IMG/VR virus record: IMGVR_UViG_3300037258_001211
Coordinates: 1 to 54,253 of that record
Source: a virus
Taxonomy: Duplodnaviria > Caudoviricetes
Strand: one strand, 5' to 3'
Length of the DNA: 54,253 nt
In this document: in pieces, positions 44,099 through 53,180 of the stretch
Layout: each line of letters begins with the position of its first letter
Position numbering within the stretch: position 1 is the first letter of the stretch
Translations under genes and position numbers: made by a program
The notes under the pieces: model-generated
Seen by the model: only the letters and a program-made list of their open reading frames with translations
Told to the model about the DNA's origin: nothing
Databases searched by the model: none

Positions 44099-44267
44099 GA
44101 TGCCCGAGGACTTCGCCCCGCGCGGCCCGGCTCTCGCCGTCTGCCCGTCCCGGTTGGCGAGGGTGTGGAAGCGGATTGCACCCTTCGCGTTGCTGACGTT
44201 GCTCGCCGCGCCTGCGCTCTGGATGGGCGGGCGGTACGCGGTGCAGTGGGTAGAGAGGTGGTGGTGA
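44088..44267 (+). CDS. Small membrane protein (not in ORF track)
   Basis: 59 aa MFSEMPEDF...IAPFALLTLLAAPALWMGG...; GAGGG RBS; TGATG coupling to next gene. Confidence 0.5.
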   Translation: MFSEMPEDFAPRGPALAVCPSRLARVWKRIAPFALLTLLAAPALWMGGRYAVQWVERWW

Positions 44268-44473
44268 TGACTGAACTTAATGAGCCGGTCCTCGCGGACG
44301 ATTACCCGATCTACGCCGACTATCTCTACGTCGTCGACGGGGAGGTCTACCTGAGCGACTGGCATGGGATCACCGCAGCCGAATTGCGGCGTGAACTTGG
44401 CGCGGCCGAGATACGGAGCTGCGACATTTTCGGGCGCCAAGACGCCGCAAAGACAGAGGGAGAGCCGGGATGA
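44267..44473 (+). CDS. Hypothetical protein
   Basis: MTELNEPVLADDYPIYADYLYVVDG. Confidence 0.6.
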   Translation: MTELNEPVLADDYPIYADYLYVVDGEVYLSDWHGITAAELRRELGAAEIRSCDIFGRQDAAKTEGEPG

Positions 44474-44784
44474 CCCTCCAAGAGATGAAGGCTGCCGGCC
44501 GCAAAGCTGCCGAGATCGAAGCCGCGCTCAGCGTCTTGGTGCTCGCGAGGATCAAGCTGGCCGCGGTAAATCGGCACGTGAAGAGCGGACAGGTCTGGTC
44601 ACCGAAATTCCTGATCAAGGAAGGGCGCCCTTATCACAACGACGAAGTCGCGGTCCAATTGACCGTGCCCGCCGAATATCTCCAGCAATGGGCGGTTGAC
44701 GAAGTCCGCAGCGCCGAGCGCGCGGTCATAGCAGCCGGCGGCAGCGTACCCACGATGGCACCTAACAAGGCGGCACGGCCATGA
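44470..44784 (+). CDS. Hypothetical protein
   Basis: ATGA coupling, 104 aa. Confidence 0.6.
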   Translation: MTLQEMKAAGRKAAEIEAALSVLVLARIKLAAVNRHVKSGQVWSPKFLIKEGRPYHNDEVAVQLTVPAEYLQQWAVDEVRSAERAVIAAGGSVPTMAPNKAARP

Positions 44785-44881
44785 CCCGTGAAGCGTGGAT
44801 CGACGCTCTCCTGTGGTTCGGTGCGCTGTGCATGGCGACGACCGGCTTCTGGATGCTGGCGCAGATCGTCGGGAGGGTTTG

Positions 44882-45694
44882 ATGACCGAACAATTCACCT
44901 TGGAGAACCCTATGCCCAACGATGTTATCGACCGTGTGCCAGCGCGCACCGATGCCCGGCAGATGGCCACCGTTACCAGTGAAGCCGGATCGCTCATGGA
45001 GGTCATCAGCCGAGCCGCCGCAGACCCCGCGACCGACGTGGACAAGCTCGAACGCCTCTTGGGCATGTACGAGCGGATCACCGCGCGATCGGCTGAGAAA
45101 GCATATCACGCCGCGATGTCAGAGGCGCAGGCTGAAATGCGGCCTGTCGCAGCCGACGCCAACAACCCGCAAACCAGGAGCAAATACGCCAGCTTCGTTG
45201 CTCTCGACCGGGCACTCCGGCCTGTCTACACGAAGCACGGCTTTTCGCTCAGCTATGACACCGACGACGGCGCCCCGCCCGATTGCGTGCGGATGGTTTG
45301 TAAGGTGTCGCATCGCGACGGGCACGCCGAACGCCCCCGGATCGACATGCCGGCAGACGGCAAGGGTGCCAAGGGTGGCGACGTGATGACTAAGACGCAC
45401 GCCACCGGCGCGGCCATGACCTACGGTCAACGCTATCTGTTGAAGATGATCTTCAACATCGCGGTCGGGGATGACGACGACGGCAATTGGACCCCTCCCA
45501 GCATCAACTCGATCAGCACGGATCAGCTAAACGAACTTTTGGGGCTGGCCGATGACGCCGAAGTCGACAAGCAACACTTTTGCGGTTGGCTGGGCGACGG
45601 GATCGACAGCTTTGCCGCCATCCCCGCCAGTCTATACCCGAGGGCAAAGACCGCATTGGCGGGACGCGTCGCTAAGCGGAGGGCTCAGCAATGA
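44882..45694 (+). CDS. erf: ERF-family single-strand annealing protein
   Basis: DVDKLERL...SKYA...KHGFSL...H..GH...GAAMTYGQRYLL..IFNI..GDDDDGN. Confidence 0.9.
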   Translation: MTEQFTLENPMPNDVIDRVPARTDARQMATVTSEAGSLMEVISRAAADPATDVDKLERLLGMYERITARSAEKAYHAAMSEAQAEMRPVAADANNPQTRSKYASFVALDRALRPVYTKHGFSLSYDTDDGAPPDCVRMVCKVSHRDGHAERPRIDMPADGKGAKGGDVMTKTHATGAAMTYGQRYLLKMIFNIAVGDDDDGNWTPPSINSISTDQLNELLGLADDAEVDKQHFCGWLGDGIDSFAAIPASLYPRAKTALAGRVAKRRAQQ

Positions 45695-46347
45695 TCGAGG
45701 TATTCGATTGTGACCAGGGCTCCGAAGAATGGCTCCGTTGTCGCCTCGGGCTCCCGACCGCCAGCGAGTTTGCCACGGTGCTCGCCAAAGGCAAAGGAGG
45801 CGGTGAAAGCCTGACTCGCGCGAAATACCTGCGCACGCTCGCAGCCGAGATCGTGACCGGCGAGCCCGGCGAAAGCTACAGCAACGCCTTCATGGAGCGC
45901 GGCAAGGCGCAGGAAGCTGAGGCACGATCCCTTTATGCTTTCACCCATGACTGCGAGCCGGCGCTGGTCGGTTTCATTCGCAGCGGCGGACGGGGGTGCT
46001 CGCCGGATGCGTTGATCGGTTCTGATGGGCTACTCGAAGTAAAAACACGCATGGGGCATCTTCAAGTCGAGCTTTTGTTGCGCGACGAATTTCCCCTCGA
46101 CCATCGCGCCCAGTGTCAGGGCAATCTTTTGGTGACCGAGCGCGAGTGGATCGATCTCGCTTGTTATAGCCCCGGCCTGCCGCTATTCGTCAGCCGCCAA
46201 TACCGCGATGACGAATATATCCGCTCACTCGACCGCGCCATCGGGTTTTTCAATGAGGAACTCGCTACGATGGTCGAGCGCATCCGGCGCTACGGCACCA
46301 CACCCCGCGCTGTCGTGCGCGCGGCTCTAGAAGCGAGTGTCGCATGA
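45691..46347 (+). CDS. YqaJ/lambda-exonuclease family protein
   Basis: QGSEEWLRCRLGLPTASE...MERG...GCSPDALIG..GLLEVK...QCQG. Confidence 0.92.
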   Translation: MIEVFDCDQGSEEWLRCRLGLPTASEFATVLAKGKGGGESLTRAKYLRTLAAEIVTGEPGESYSNAFMERGKAQEAEARSLYAFTHDCEPALVGFIRSGGRGCSPDALIGSDGLLEVKTRMGHLQVELLLRDEFPLDHRAQCQGNLLVTEREWIDLACYSPGLPLFVSRQYRDDEYIRSLDRAIGFFNEELATMVERIRRYGTTPRAVVRAALEASVA

Positions 46348-46850
46348 GCACGTCGGCACCCCTAGATTTTTGGTGGCGCGGCGACGCGATGGTGCCGCGC
46401 AATCTCCGCGCCGCTGAGCGGCAATATACCCTTGGCGAGGTCTACCGTCTCGAACACCGCGAGGATCGCAGCGCAGCAAGCCACGGCCACTTTTTCGCCT
46501 CTCTCGCCGAGGCTCACGCCAACCTGCCCGACCACCTAGCCGAGCGATTTGCGACACCGGACCATCTTCGGAAGCACGCCCTTTGCATGACGGGCTGGCG
46601 AGACGAACGATCGATCGTCTGCTCATCGAAAGCGGAAGCTCGCCGGCTCGCGGCCTTCATTGCTCCGATGGACGAGTACGCCATCATCAGCGTGACCGAG
46701 GCCGTGGTCGTGTGCTGGACCGCCAAGTCTCAGAGCGTTCGCGCGATGGGCAAAGCGGCATTCCAGAAGAGCAAAGATGATGTGCTCGGCTTCATCGCCA
46801 GCCTCATTGGAACCACTCCCGAGGCTCTATCACAAGCGAGGGCAGCATGA
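46344..46850 (+). CDS. NinB-like recombination accessory protein
   Basis: RSAASHGHFFA...KSQSVRAMGKAAF; follows the exonuclease. Confidence 0.6.
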   Translation: MSTSAPLDFWWRGDAMVPRNLRAAERQYTLGEVYRLEHREDRSAASHGHFFASLAEAHANLPDHLAERFATPDHLRKHALCMTGWRDERSIVCSSKAEARRLAAFIAPMDEYAIISVTEAVVVCWTAKSQSVRAMGKAAFQKSKDDVLGFIASLIGTTPEALSQARAA

Positions 46851-47536
46851 AGCGTGATCCGATCGTCGGCATCTACACCGAAGACGAACTTCGGAAGGCC
46901 GCGTGGATCATTGGCCCGCATGGTGCCGCAGCGCGAGCGCTTGCGGATGCTGAACGCCGCCGTAGCGAAGGCGAGGACGTGGCGTTCTACCGAACCCGAA
47001 GCAACTGCATCCTCGTCGGTCCGAATGTCGATGCGATTATGGAGTTGGTCGCGCCTCGTGCCACAGACGGGGCCGGTGAACTCTTGGGTGACGCCTCAAA
47101 CACCGATTGGCACAAAGGCAATCCGATGACCGACACCCTCAACCACGCCATCCCCGAACCGAGTGAATGGGCGATGAACGAAGCAAAGCGGCTTCAATAC
47201 GATGACAAACAGCCTACTTGGGCGCTCGTCCCGCGATATGACATCGCCCGAGCCCTCGACGCCGCCAAGGCTGCGGGAGAGGCGAGAGCGACCAATCCGT
47301 GCGCCAAGATATTCGACCACAAGTGGCTCGATCCCGCGTGCGTCGAGAGCGGCTGTAAGTCATTGCTTTCCTACACTGACGGCGTCGCCTATCGGGACGG
47401 TGTGGCTGCGGGACGTGCGGAGATGCAGGCTCTCCTGGTTTCCCGTTTCCACAAAATGTTCGCGGAGAGCTACGCCGAGGCGCTTCTTAAACAGGTCGCC
47501 CTCCCCATAGATGACACAGAGGAGCCGACCCCGTGA
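46847..47536 (+). CDS. Hypothetical protein (possibly two fused small genes)
   Basis: ATGA coupling; internal AAGG-N-ATG at about 47126. Confidence 0.55.
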   Translation: MKRDPIVGIYTEDELRKAAWIIGPHGAAARALADAERRRSEGEDVAFYRTRSNCILVGPNVDAIMELVAPRATDGAGELLGDASNTDWHKGNPMTDTLNHAIPEPSEWAMNEAKRLQYDDKQPTWALVPRYDIARALDAAKAAGEARATNPCAKIFDHKWLDPACVESGCKSLLSYTDGVAYRDGVAAGRAEMQALLVSRFHKMFAESYAEALLKQVALPIDDTEEPTP

Positions 47537-47742
47537 CCGGAGACGAAGCCGTACCCGTGTGGGCGCTTGATCGTGCCGAGAAGATCCTTGGCATGCCGCG
47601 CGCGTCGAGCGTGACGCGGAACGTCGCCGCGGCCTTGCGCGATGCCCGTCAATCCGGTCGCGAGGAATTGGCGACGGAGTTTCGGGGCGCCGTCTCTGCG
47701 CTTCACGATGTGGTCGCGCGAGCCGTGCAGAGGAGCCGGTGA
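47533..47742 (+). CDS. Hypothetical protein
   Basis: GAGGAG RBS, GTGA coupling. Confidence 0.55.
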   Translation: MTGDEAVPVWALDRAEKILGMPRASSVTRNVAAALRDARQSGREELATEFRGAVSALHDVVARAVQRSR

Positions 47743-47743
47743 C

Positions 47744-48034
47744 ATGACCATACTGGACGAGGCGATCCGGGCGGCGTGCACCACAGACTCGCGAAACGCG
47801 AGTTGTGATTGGCCGTCAAAAGGCTGCGATCAGAACTGCGAACATTTCCCCGAGGCAATCAAAGTTGCCGTCGCCGTCCTCCTTCCCGCTAAGCCGACGG
47901 CGGAAGTGATCGCCGCTATTCGCACCGAGACGGACTTTGTGAATTTCAGCGAAGCCTTAAATACCGAGCGAGCGACCTTCGCTTATGCTGGCCTACGACG
48001 CGGCCTCGGTCTCGATGCCGGGGAGCCGGGGTGA
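47744..48034 (+). CDS. Hypothetical protein
   Basis: AGGAG RBS. Confidence 0.55.
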   Translation: MTILDEAIRAACTTDSRNASCDWPSKGCDQNCEHFPEAIKVAVAVLLPAKPTAEVIAAIRTETDFVNFSEALNTERATFAYAGLRRGLGLDAGEPG

Positions 48035-48342
48035 TGACAGACATCACAGCGGCAAACCTGCTTCATCGCGGGTACAGAGAATGGGCCGGATCGGGTAGAG
48101 GCGAGGAACGCTTTTTTCAGAAATGCTTCTCGGATGCCGATGGGAAACGGTTCTACCTCAATTTCCGAGAATGGCAATTCCCTGACCGCGTTTCGTTCGA
48201 TGCTGAACTGTCTTTCGATACGGACGACGGTGCGGCCTGGATCACGCTGAAGGCGCCGACGATCGAACAATCCGAGGCACGCGCCGAAACTATGTGGGCG
48301 GCCGGCGGAAGCGTCTATTACGAGCGGTCGGAGCCGGGGTGA
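48031..48342 (+). CDS. Hypothetical protein
   Basis: 103 aa flanked by 15-bp direct repeats. Confidence 0.6.
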   Translation: MMTDITAANLLHRGYREWAGSGRGEERFFQKCFSDADGKRFYLNFREWQFPDRVSFDAELSFDTDDGAAWITLKAPTIEQSEARAETMWAAGGSVYYERSEPG

Positions 48343-48752
48343 TGCCGCGTCCAGCCCCACGCATCGCCCGCTCTGTCATCAAAGCGAAGCCGCGCGTCAA
48401 CCCGCGTCGCGCCGCCGCCCACCTCGCCTTCGTCCGCGATATCGGCATTTGCATCGCCTGCGGAGCCGAGTGCCGGTGTCAGGCGATGCACGTCCGCAAC
48501 AACACGGATGGCGGAATGGGGTTGAAGCCGTCTGACCGTTTCAGCCTGCCGGGCTGTGCGACGTGTCACGCGCGCCAGCACCGCCAAGGCGAACAGACCT
48601 TTTGGGGCGAGCTCGGCATCGACCCTCTCGACGCCGCTTGCCGGCTCTGGACCGTCAGCGGCGATATCGAGGCTGGCAGGCGGATCATCTTCCGGGCGCG
48701 CCAGGCCATTGCGCTTCACGCCAGCACGCACATGGAGGAAGTCGCCCCATGA
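48342..48752 (+). CDS. DUF968-like (HNH-related) protein
   Basis: AHLAFVR...CIACG...QAMHVR...GMGLKPSDRFSLPGCATCHARQH..GE.TFW. Confidence 0.8.
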   Translation: MPRPAPRIARSVIKAKPRVNPRRAAAHLAFVRDIGICIACGAECRCQAMHVRNNTDGGMGLKPSDRFSLPGCATCHARQHRQGEQTFWGELGIDPLDAACRLWTVSGDIEAGRRIIFRARQAIALHASTHMEEVAP

Positions 48753-49051
48753 CCGCGAACCTACCGGCACCTATTTCAGTGTCCCGCCAACTTGTCAAAG
48801 AGATCGCAATGGATATCGGCAAGGCTGTCGCAGCGCATATCGAGACCATGTACCCGGCCGCCGTCGCGGCGACTTCAAAGTCGATGCTGCTGTCGGTGCG
48901 AAACTCCACCTACAACGAAATCATCGCCGCGCTCGACGTGACTGACGAGGACGCCATTCGGGGCCGGCTGAAAGTCCGCAGGGCGCACCGCCGCAAGATA
49001 CGCGCGATGTACCGAACGATCCGCAGCACGGGGGAAACCTATGGCCGATAA
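48749..49051 (+). CDS. Hypothetical protein
   Basis: GGAGG RBS, ATGA coupling. Confidence 0.6.
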   Translation: MTANLPAPISVSRQLVKEIAMDIGKAVAAHIETMYPAAVAATSKSMLLSVRNSTYNEIIAALDVTDEDAIRGRLKVRRAHRRKIRAMYRTIRSTGETYGR

Positions 49052-49129
49052 CACACTGACGCCTCCGATGTCTGACCGCCCCTCCAAGGATCACCCGATC
49101 ATCTACAGCGCGCCGATGGAGGATTTGTA

Positions 49130-49576
49130 GTGGCACTGATCGATTTCGTCCGCGAGAGCAATTTCATCGAAGGAATCGTTCGCGATCCGACATCGGAAGA
49201 GGTCGAGGCGGCCGAGCGTTTCATGCGGCAATTCGAGATATCGGTCTCGCACCTCAGCGAATTCCAAGCCGTCGTCGCGCCGGGCCATCCGCTGCGGGAC
49301 CAAGAGGGGATGAATGTCCAGGTCGGTGCCCATATTGCGCCGGCTGGTGGACCAAATATCCCCCGTGTTTTAGCGGCGATCGTAGCGACCGCTAATCGTA
49401 ATGGCGACCCGTGGAAGACACACGTCAAATTCGAGATGTTGCATCCCTACATGGACGGCAACGGGCGCACCGGCCGCATGCTATGGGCTTGGCAAATGTA
49501 CGCGAGCGGACGCAATCCGTTCGGCCTCGGTTTCCTCCACCGCTTCTATTACCAGACCTTGAGCGCGCAACGATGA
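49130..49576 (+). CDS. Minimal Fic-domain protein
   Basis: ESNFIEG and HPYMDGNGRTGR. Confidence 0.9.
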   Translation: MALIDFVRESNFIEGIVRDPTSEEVEAAERFMRQFEISVSHLSEFQAVVAPGHPLRDQEGMNVQVGAHIAPAGGPNIPRVLAAIVATANRNGDPWKTHVKFEMLHPYMDGNGRTGRMLWAWQMYASGRNPFGLGFLHRFYYQTLSAQR

Positions 49577-49612
49577 TGTCTGACCTCACCCTATGGGATT
49601 GGGAGACCCCGC

Positions 49613-49945
49613 ATGGCTGACCGCGCTCCGCTACCGCGCTGGCTTGACGGCCTTGGTCCCGGAGATTTCCTCTTCAACGGCACCCGCTGCACACCCGAGC
49701 AATGGGACAGGCTTGACTGGTCGCGCGCCTATGCCGATGTGGGACCGTCGCTAATAGGAAATCTCGGTCCTTACTGGCATGTGCCCTGGGACGAAGATGA
49801 CGATGAGCTGTGGGCGCGGCTCTACCCGAAGGTGCTTCGCGGCAAGTGGCTATTGCTGATCCGCAGAGCTATCGCCGAGGCAGTCAGTAACGCCGCCAAA
49901 GGCGACGACGTAGAGCACATCTTGCGGATACTCACTGATGCCTGA
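49613..49945 (+). CDS. Hypothetical protein
   Basis: GGAG RBS, 110 aa. Confidence 0.6.
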   Translation: MADRAPLPRWLDGLGPGDFLFNGTRCTPEQWDRLDWSRAYADVGPSLIGNLGPYWHVPWDEDDDELWARLYPKVLRGKWLLLIRRAIAEAVSNAAKGDDVEHILRILTDA

Positions 49946-50026
49946 CGGCTCCGATCTCCCGCCGCTGATGTGCACGATGCTGGTCCCGGTCAATACCGCG
50001 TGTGCCCTTGTTGGAGCGCTGTGCGA

Positions 50027-50338
50027 ATGACCGAGAAACGACCGACCTTCGCGCAGCTCCGGCTATTAAAGCGTCTCGCCGACGCGCCCGGTTCGGAGCT
50101 CGTGATCCTGGCGGACGAAGCGTCCGGCTACAACGAAGTGCCCAAGTTTCACGGACGCTTTTATTTCCCGCCGTGCCCGACCTGCCACCACGCGACCTTC
50201 GAGCCCGTTTCATGGCTGCCGATACATGCGCTGGCCCAATCCGGCCTGATCGCCTCGCGGCTACGGGGGTTTGACCATTATCCCGTCGTGACGCCGGCAG
50301 GCTATGCCGTTTTAGAACGGGCCGCGCGCAATGCCTGA
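50027..50338 (+). CDS. Hypothetical protein (winged-helix-like with CxxC)
   Basis: GGAG RBS; CPTC; VVTPAGYAVL. Confidence 0.55.
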   Translation: MTEKRPTFAQLRLLKRLADAPGSELVILADEASGYNEVPKFHGRFYFPPCPTCHHATFEPVSWLPIHALAQSGLIASRLRGFDHYPVVTPAGYAVLERAARNA

Positions 50339-50437
50339 CCTCTTCACCCCTTCGCTGGCAACAGCGATGCGCCCAGGGACGCCTTACGCGGGTGCCCAAT
50401 CGCCGGGCGCGACCCTTCTATTTATCGAGGAGAGCCG

Positions 50438-50632
50438 GTGATGGCTGACCACGACCCCAGCGTCGAAGCTGAGCGTACTACGGGAGAAGAAACCCGCGCC
50501 ATAGTGCGCCGACGCTTCGGTCGCGGGCAGGGGAAGCGGTGCGCTGATCCCACCGTGATTGCCTGCACGATGTGGGCCTGCCAAGTCCGAGACCGGTGCC
50601 GCCTCATCCCAAAGGCGAGGCATAGCCCGTGA
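50438..50632 (+). CDS. Hypothetical protein
   Basis: GAGGAG RBS. Confidence 0.45.
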   Translation: MMADHDPSVEAERTTGEETRAIVRRRFGRGQGKRCADPTVIACTMWACQVRDRCRLIPKARHSP

Positions 50633-50690
50633 CCACCATCCCAGTACAGGCGCGCATCTCGTCACGATGGCTGGCCGAGGCGGGGTTGCG

Positions 50691-50921
50691 ATGAGCGCGG
50701 AAATGCGCCGGGCGAAGCGTATGTGCGCGACGTGCCCGTTCCGCCTTCCCCTCACCAAAGCCGAGCGGCAGGAGCTCGCCGCGATCGAGCCGGAAGGCTT
50801 CCCCTGCCATACTGAGCAGGGCTACGACTCGTGGTCCGATATCGAATGTCGCGGCCATTGGGAGGCGCGTAGACAATTTGCCCTCTTCGCGGTCGAGGCG
50901 GGGTTGCGGGCCGATGGGTGA
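50691..50921 (+). CDS. Small Cys/His protein
   Basis: MCATCPFR...FPCH...ECRG. Confidence 0.6.
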   Translation: MSAEMRRAKRMCATCPFRLPLTKAERQELAAIEPEGFPCHTEQGYDSWSDIECRGHWEARRQFALFAVEAGLRADG

Positions 50922-51177
50922 GCGACCGGGTCCGACCCGCTGGCCCCGGCTGATGTCGGAGGACGACGCCGCGCTTTATGTCGGCGTGTCTCCCGCGCGT
51001 TTCCGTATCGAACGCGATCGGGGCATGTGGCCCCAGCCGGTTGATCGCGCCTGTCGCCGAAACACCTATGATCGCGCAGCCTTGGACAGGGCTGTTGACC
51101 GCCTCGCCGGATACCAGGACCCTCAGGAGATCGAGGACGATCTAATCCGGCGGGCGGCATGGGCAGGTTCAAAATGA
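50914..51177 (+). CDS. xis: Excisionase-like winged-helix protein
   Basis: WPRLMSEDDAALYVGVS...WPQPV...YDRAALDRAVD; directly upstream of integrase. Confidence 0.8.
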   Translation: MGERPGPTRWPRLMSEDDAALYVGVSPARFRIERDRGMWPQPVDRACRRNTYDRAALDRAVDRLAGYQDPQEIEDDLIRRAAWAGSK

Positions 51178-52220
51178 GCGTCCCCTATCTCCGGTCGACC
51201 CCGAGCGGGTTCTATTGGGAGCCCAGCCGAAAACTGCGGGCGGCGGGGTTTGCGCCCGAGGCGCTGGGAAAGAATGCCGTGGCGGCCGTGTCGCGGGCTC
51301 GCGATCTCAATCTACAAGCCGAGTCTCAAAGCCCCCCGAGCAATCGTGACCCTCACCATGTCGCCGAGGGCACAATAGCATGGCTGATCCGGCAATGGCA
51401 GCGCTCGCCTGGCTGGGGCGATCTTGCTCCAGAAACCCGCAAATCCTACGGCGCCGCGTTTAAGGCGATCGAAGTATGGTGCGGGCACTATGAGCCCCGC
51501 GCCGTCACACGGAAGGCGATCAAGGCATGGCAGCGCGCCCTTGAGCGGGACCGCGGGCAAGCCATCGCGAACGTCATTTTGCTGCGGCTGCATCGGCTGA
51601 TGGAAATGGCGCGGGACGACGGATTGCTCGAATACAATCCCGCCAACAAATTGCGTCTCCGCAAGGTCGGGGGCAACCAAGAGCCCTGGCCACGCGAGGA
51701 CATCGAGACTGTGCGCGCGCAGGCGATCTCAATGGGGCGCCCGTCTATCGCGCTCGCCGTCTTGCTGGCGGCCAATCTCGGCCAGCGGGAGGCGGATATC
51801 ATCAAGCTCCCCCGCTCGCGCTATGACGCCTCTGCCGGCGTGTTCGATATCGTCCAACAGAAAACCAAAACCCGGATCGGCGTACCGGCGACCATAGAAC
51901 TCAGGGCCGCGATCGACGGCATCCCCGCCACGTCTCCGGTCTTCGTTGTGTCTGAGGAAACGGGGAGGCCCTATAAGGCAACGAATTTCCAGCATACGTT
52001 CCGCAGGATTTGCCGCGCCGCCGGACTCCCCGACAAGCGCCTCTTTATGAACCTGCGGCACACGGTAGCAACGATGCTCGGCGAGGCCGGCTGCACCGAC
52101 GATGAAATCCGCGCAATCACCGGGCATCTCGATCGCGCCGTCGTCGCGCGCTATCTCAAACCCAATACCGCGATGGCAAAAAGCGCGATCGCCAAGCTGG
52201 AGCAGCACAGGACGCGATGA
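51159..52220 (+). CDS. int: Tyrosine integrase
   Basis: LGQREADI (R), QQKT (K), FMNLRHT (xxLR), ITGH (H), ARY (Y). Confidence 0.93.
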   Translation: MGRFKMSVPYLRSTPSGFYWEPSRKLRAAGFAPEALGKNAVAAVSRARDLNLQAESQSPPSNRDPHHVAEGTIAWLIRQWQRSPGWGDLAPETRKSYGAAFKAIEVWCGHYEPRAVTRKAIKAWQRALERDRGQAIANVILLRLHRLMEMARDDGLLEYNPANKLRLRKVGGNQEPWPREDIETVRAQAISMGRPSIALAVLLAANLGQREADIIKLPRSRYDASAGVFDIVQQKTKTRIGVPATIELRAAIDGIPATSPVFVVSEETGRPYKATNFQHTFRRICRAAGLPDKRLFMNLRHTVATMLGEAGCTDDEIRAITGHLDRAVVARYLKPNTAMAKSAIAKLEQHRTR

Positions 52221-52224
52221 GCAT

Positions 52225-52292
52225 ATTTTCCGTCAAGGCCCCGAACGCCGCAGAAACCCTTGACCCGAAAATGCACCCCTATGACGGAAAAT
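52225..52292. repeat. 11-bp inverted repeat next to the prophage end (candidate integrase arm/attachment region)
   Basis: attttccgtca (52225) ... tgacggaaaat (52282). Confidence 0.55.
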
Positions 52293-52309
52293 CCGCACAA
52301 AACCCCACA

Positions 52310-52498
52310 AGTCGCGTACTCGTTGAGCACCTGTTCGGGCGTAATGCCCAGCTCCACCGCCCGCGCCGCGACCTCTTCGATCTCATGCGGTGCAACGGTT
52401 TGCTTCACCGTCGCCTTCCGCTTGGGAGCGGGCATCCGGCGCCGACCCCCTGTCGGTGCCCGCGCAGTACCGGTCCGAGGCGGTTTCTGAGATGCCAA
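52310..52498 (-). pseudogene. 5' fragment of a terminase-small-subunit-like gene interrupted by the prophage
   Basis: ...AARAVELGITPEQVLNEYA then loses plausibility; GC-rich codon pattern ends at about 52312. Confidence 0.6.
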
Positions 52499-52574
52499 GA
52501 GCGGACCTGATGTTTGGGTGGTCCCGGCGGCGGGTTCCGGCCTTGCCGTTTCCCAATCCGCTCAGGATGACCGT

Positions 52575-52603
52575 CTTGTACCTAAACGATCCGGATTTGT
52601 CAA
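52575..52603 (-). promoter_or_regulatory. Promoter upstream of the interrupted gene
   Basis: TTGACA-N17-TACAAG with AT-rich upstream element. Confidence 0.6.
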
Positions 52604-52628
52604 TTTGTAAATTGCATAATTATCAATT

Positions 52629-53180
52629 TCAGTGATGCCGGAAATGCGTTTCGAGCGCCCCGAGCGCCGCAACCAATATCCCCGACGCGGCCTCTTGGCT
52701 GACCCGCCGCCCGCTCCACCCCTGCTCGAGCGCCCATTCCTTCAGCGACCGCTCCCACCCGAGCACATGCCACAGACACGACCCCGCCGGCGAGGCGACC
52801 CCGCCCACCGCCTGGATCGCCCGCCACACCGTCTGCCGCGCCGCCTCGATCCTGAGCCCCGGCGCCTCGCGGTCGCGTCGCGCGTTCCTGTCGCCCATCC
52901 GGAGTTGCGACAGATCGATCGCCCGGATCGGGTCGAGCTGCGCCTGCGCGAACCGCGCCCGAAAATCCTCGCCCGCCTGCCGCATCCCCGCGCTGATCGA
53001 CCCGCGCCGCTCCATGATCTGCAGCGTATCGACCAGCCGATAAGGCCGCGCCGGCCGCCCCGCCTCGTCCGCAATAGTATGAGGAACCGCCTCGATTCGA
53101 TCCCGCCGCAACCGCTCCGGCGTAACCACTGCTTCCGCCCCGTCGCCTCGGACCCGTTCCCGCCGCTGCCGAGCCATCAC
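52629..53180 (-). CDS. DUF6456-domain protein (GafA/GafZ-like activator)
   Basis: DTLQIMERRGSISAGMRQAGEDFR...EAARQTVWRAI...LWHVLGWERSLKEWA...ILVAALGALETHF. Confidence 0.75.
   Translation of the reverse strand: MMARQRRERVRGDGAEAVVTPERLRRDRIEAVPHTIADEAGRPARPYRLVDTLQIMERRGSISAGMRQAGEDFRARFAQAQLDPIRAIDLSQLRMGDRNARRDREAPGLRIEAARQTVWRAIQAVGGVASPAGSCLWHVLGWERSLKEWALEQGWSGRRVSQEAASGILVAALGALETHFRHH

Larger units (their letters stand above)
1..52312. mobile_element. Temperate podovirus-like prophage (left end outside window)
   Basis: Contiguous lysis, tail, head, packaging, replication, immunity, recombination and integrase modules; ends just after the integrase, where a host-like ORF is interrupted. 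Confidence 0.93.

Noticed and set aside
52044-52064. Integrase inactivation because HxxR reads MNLR
   Set aside because: The first His is variable among tyrosine recombinases; R, K, R, H and Y are all present
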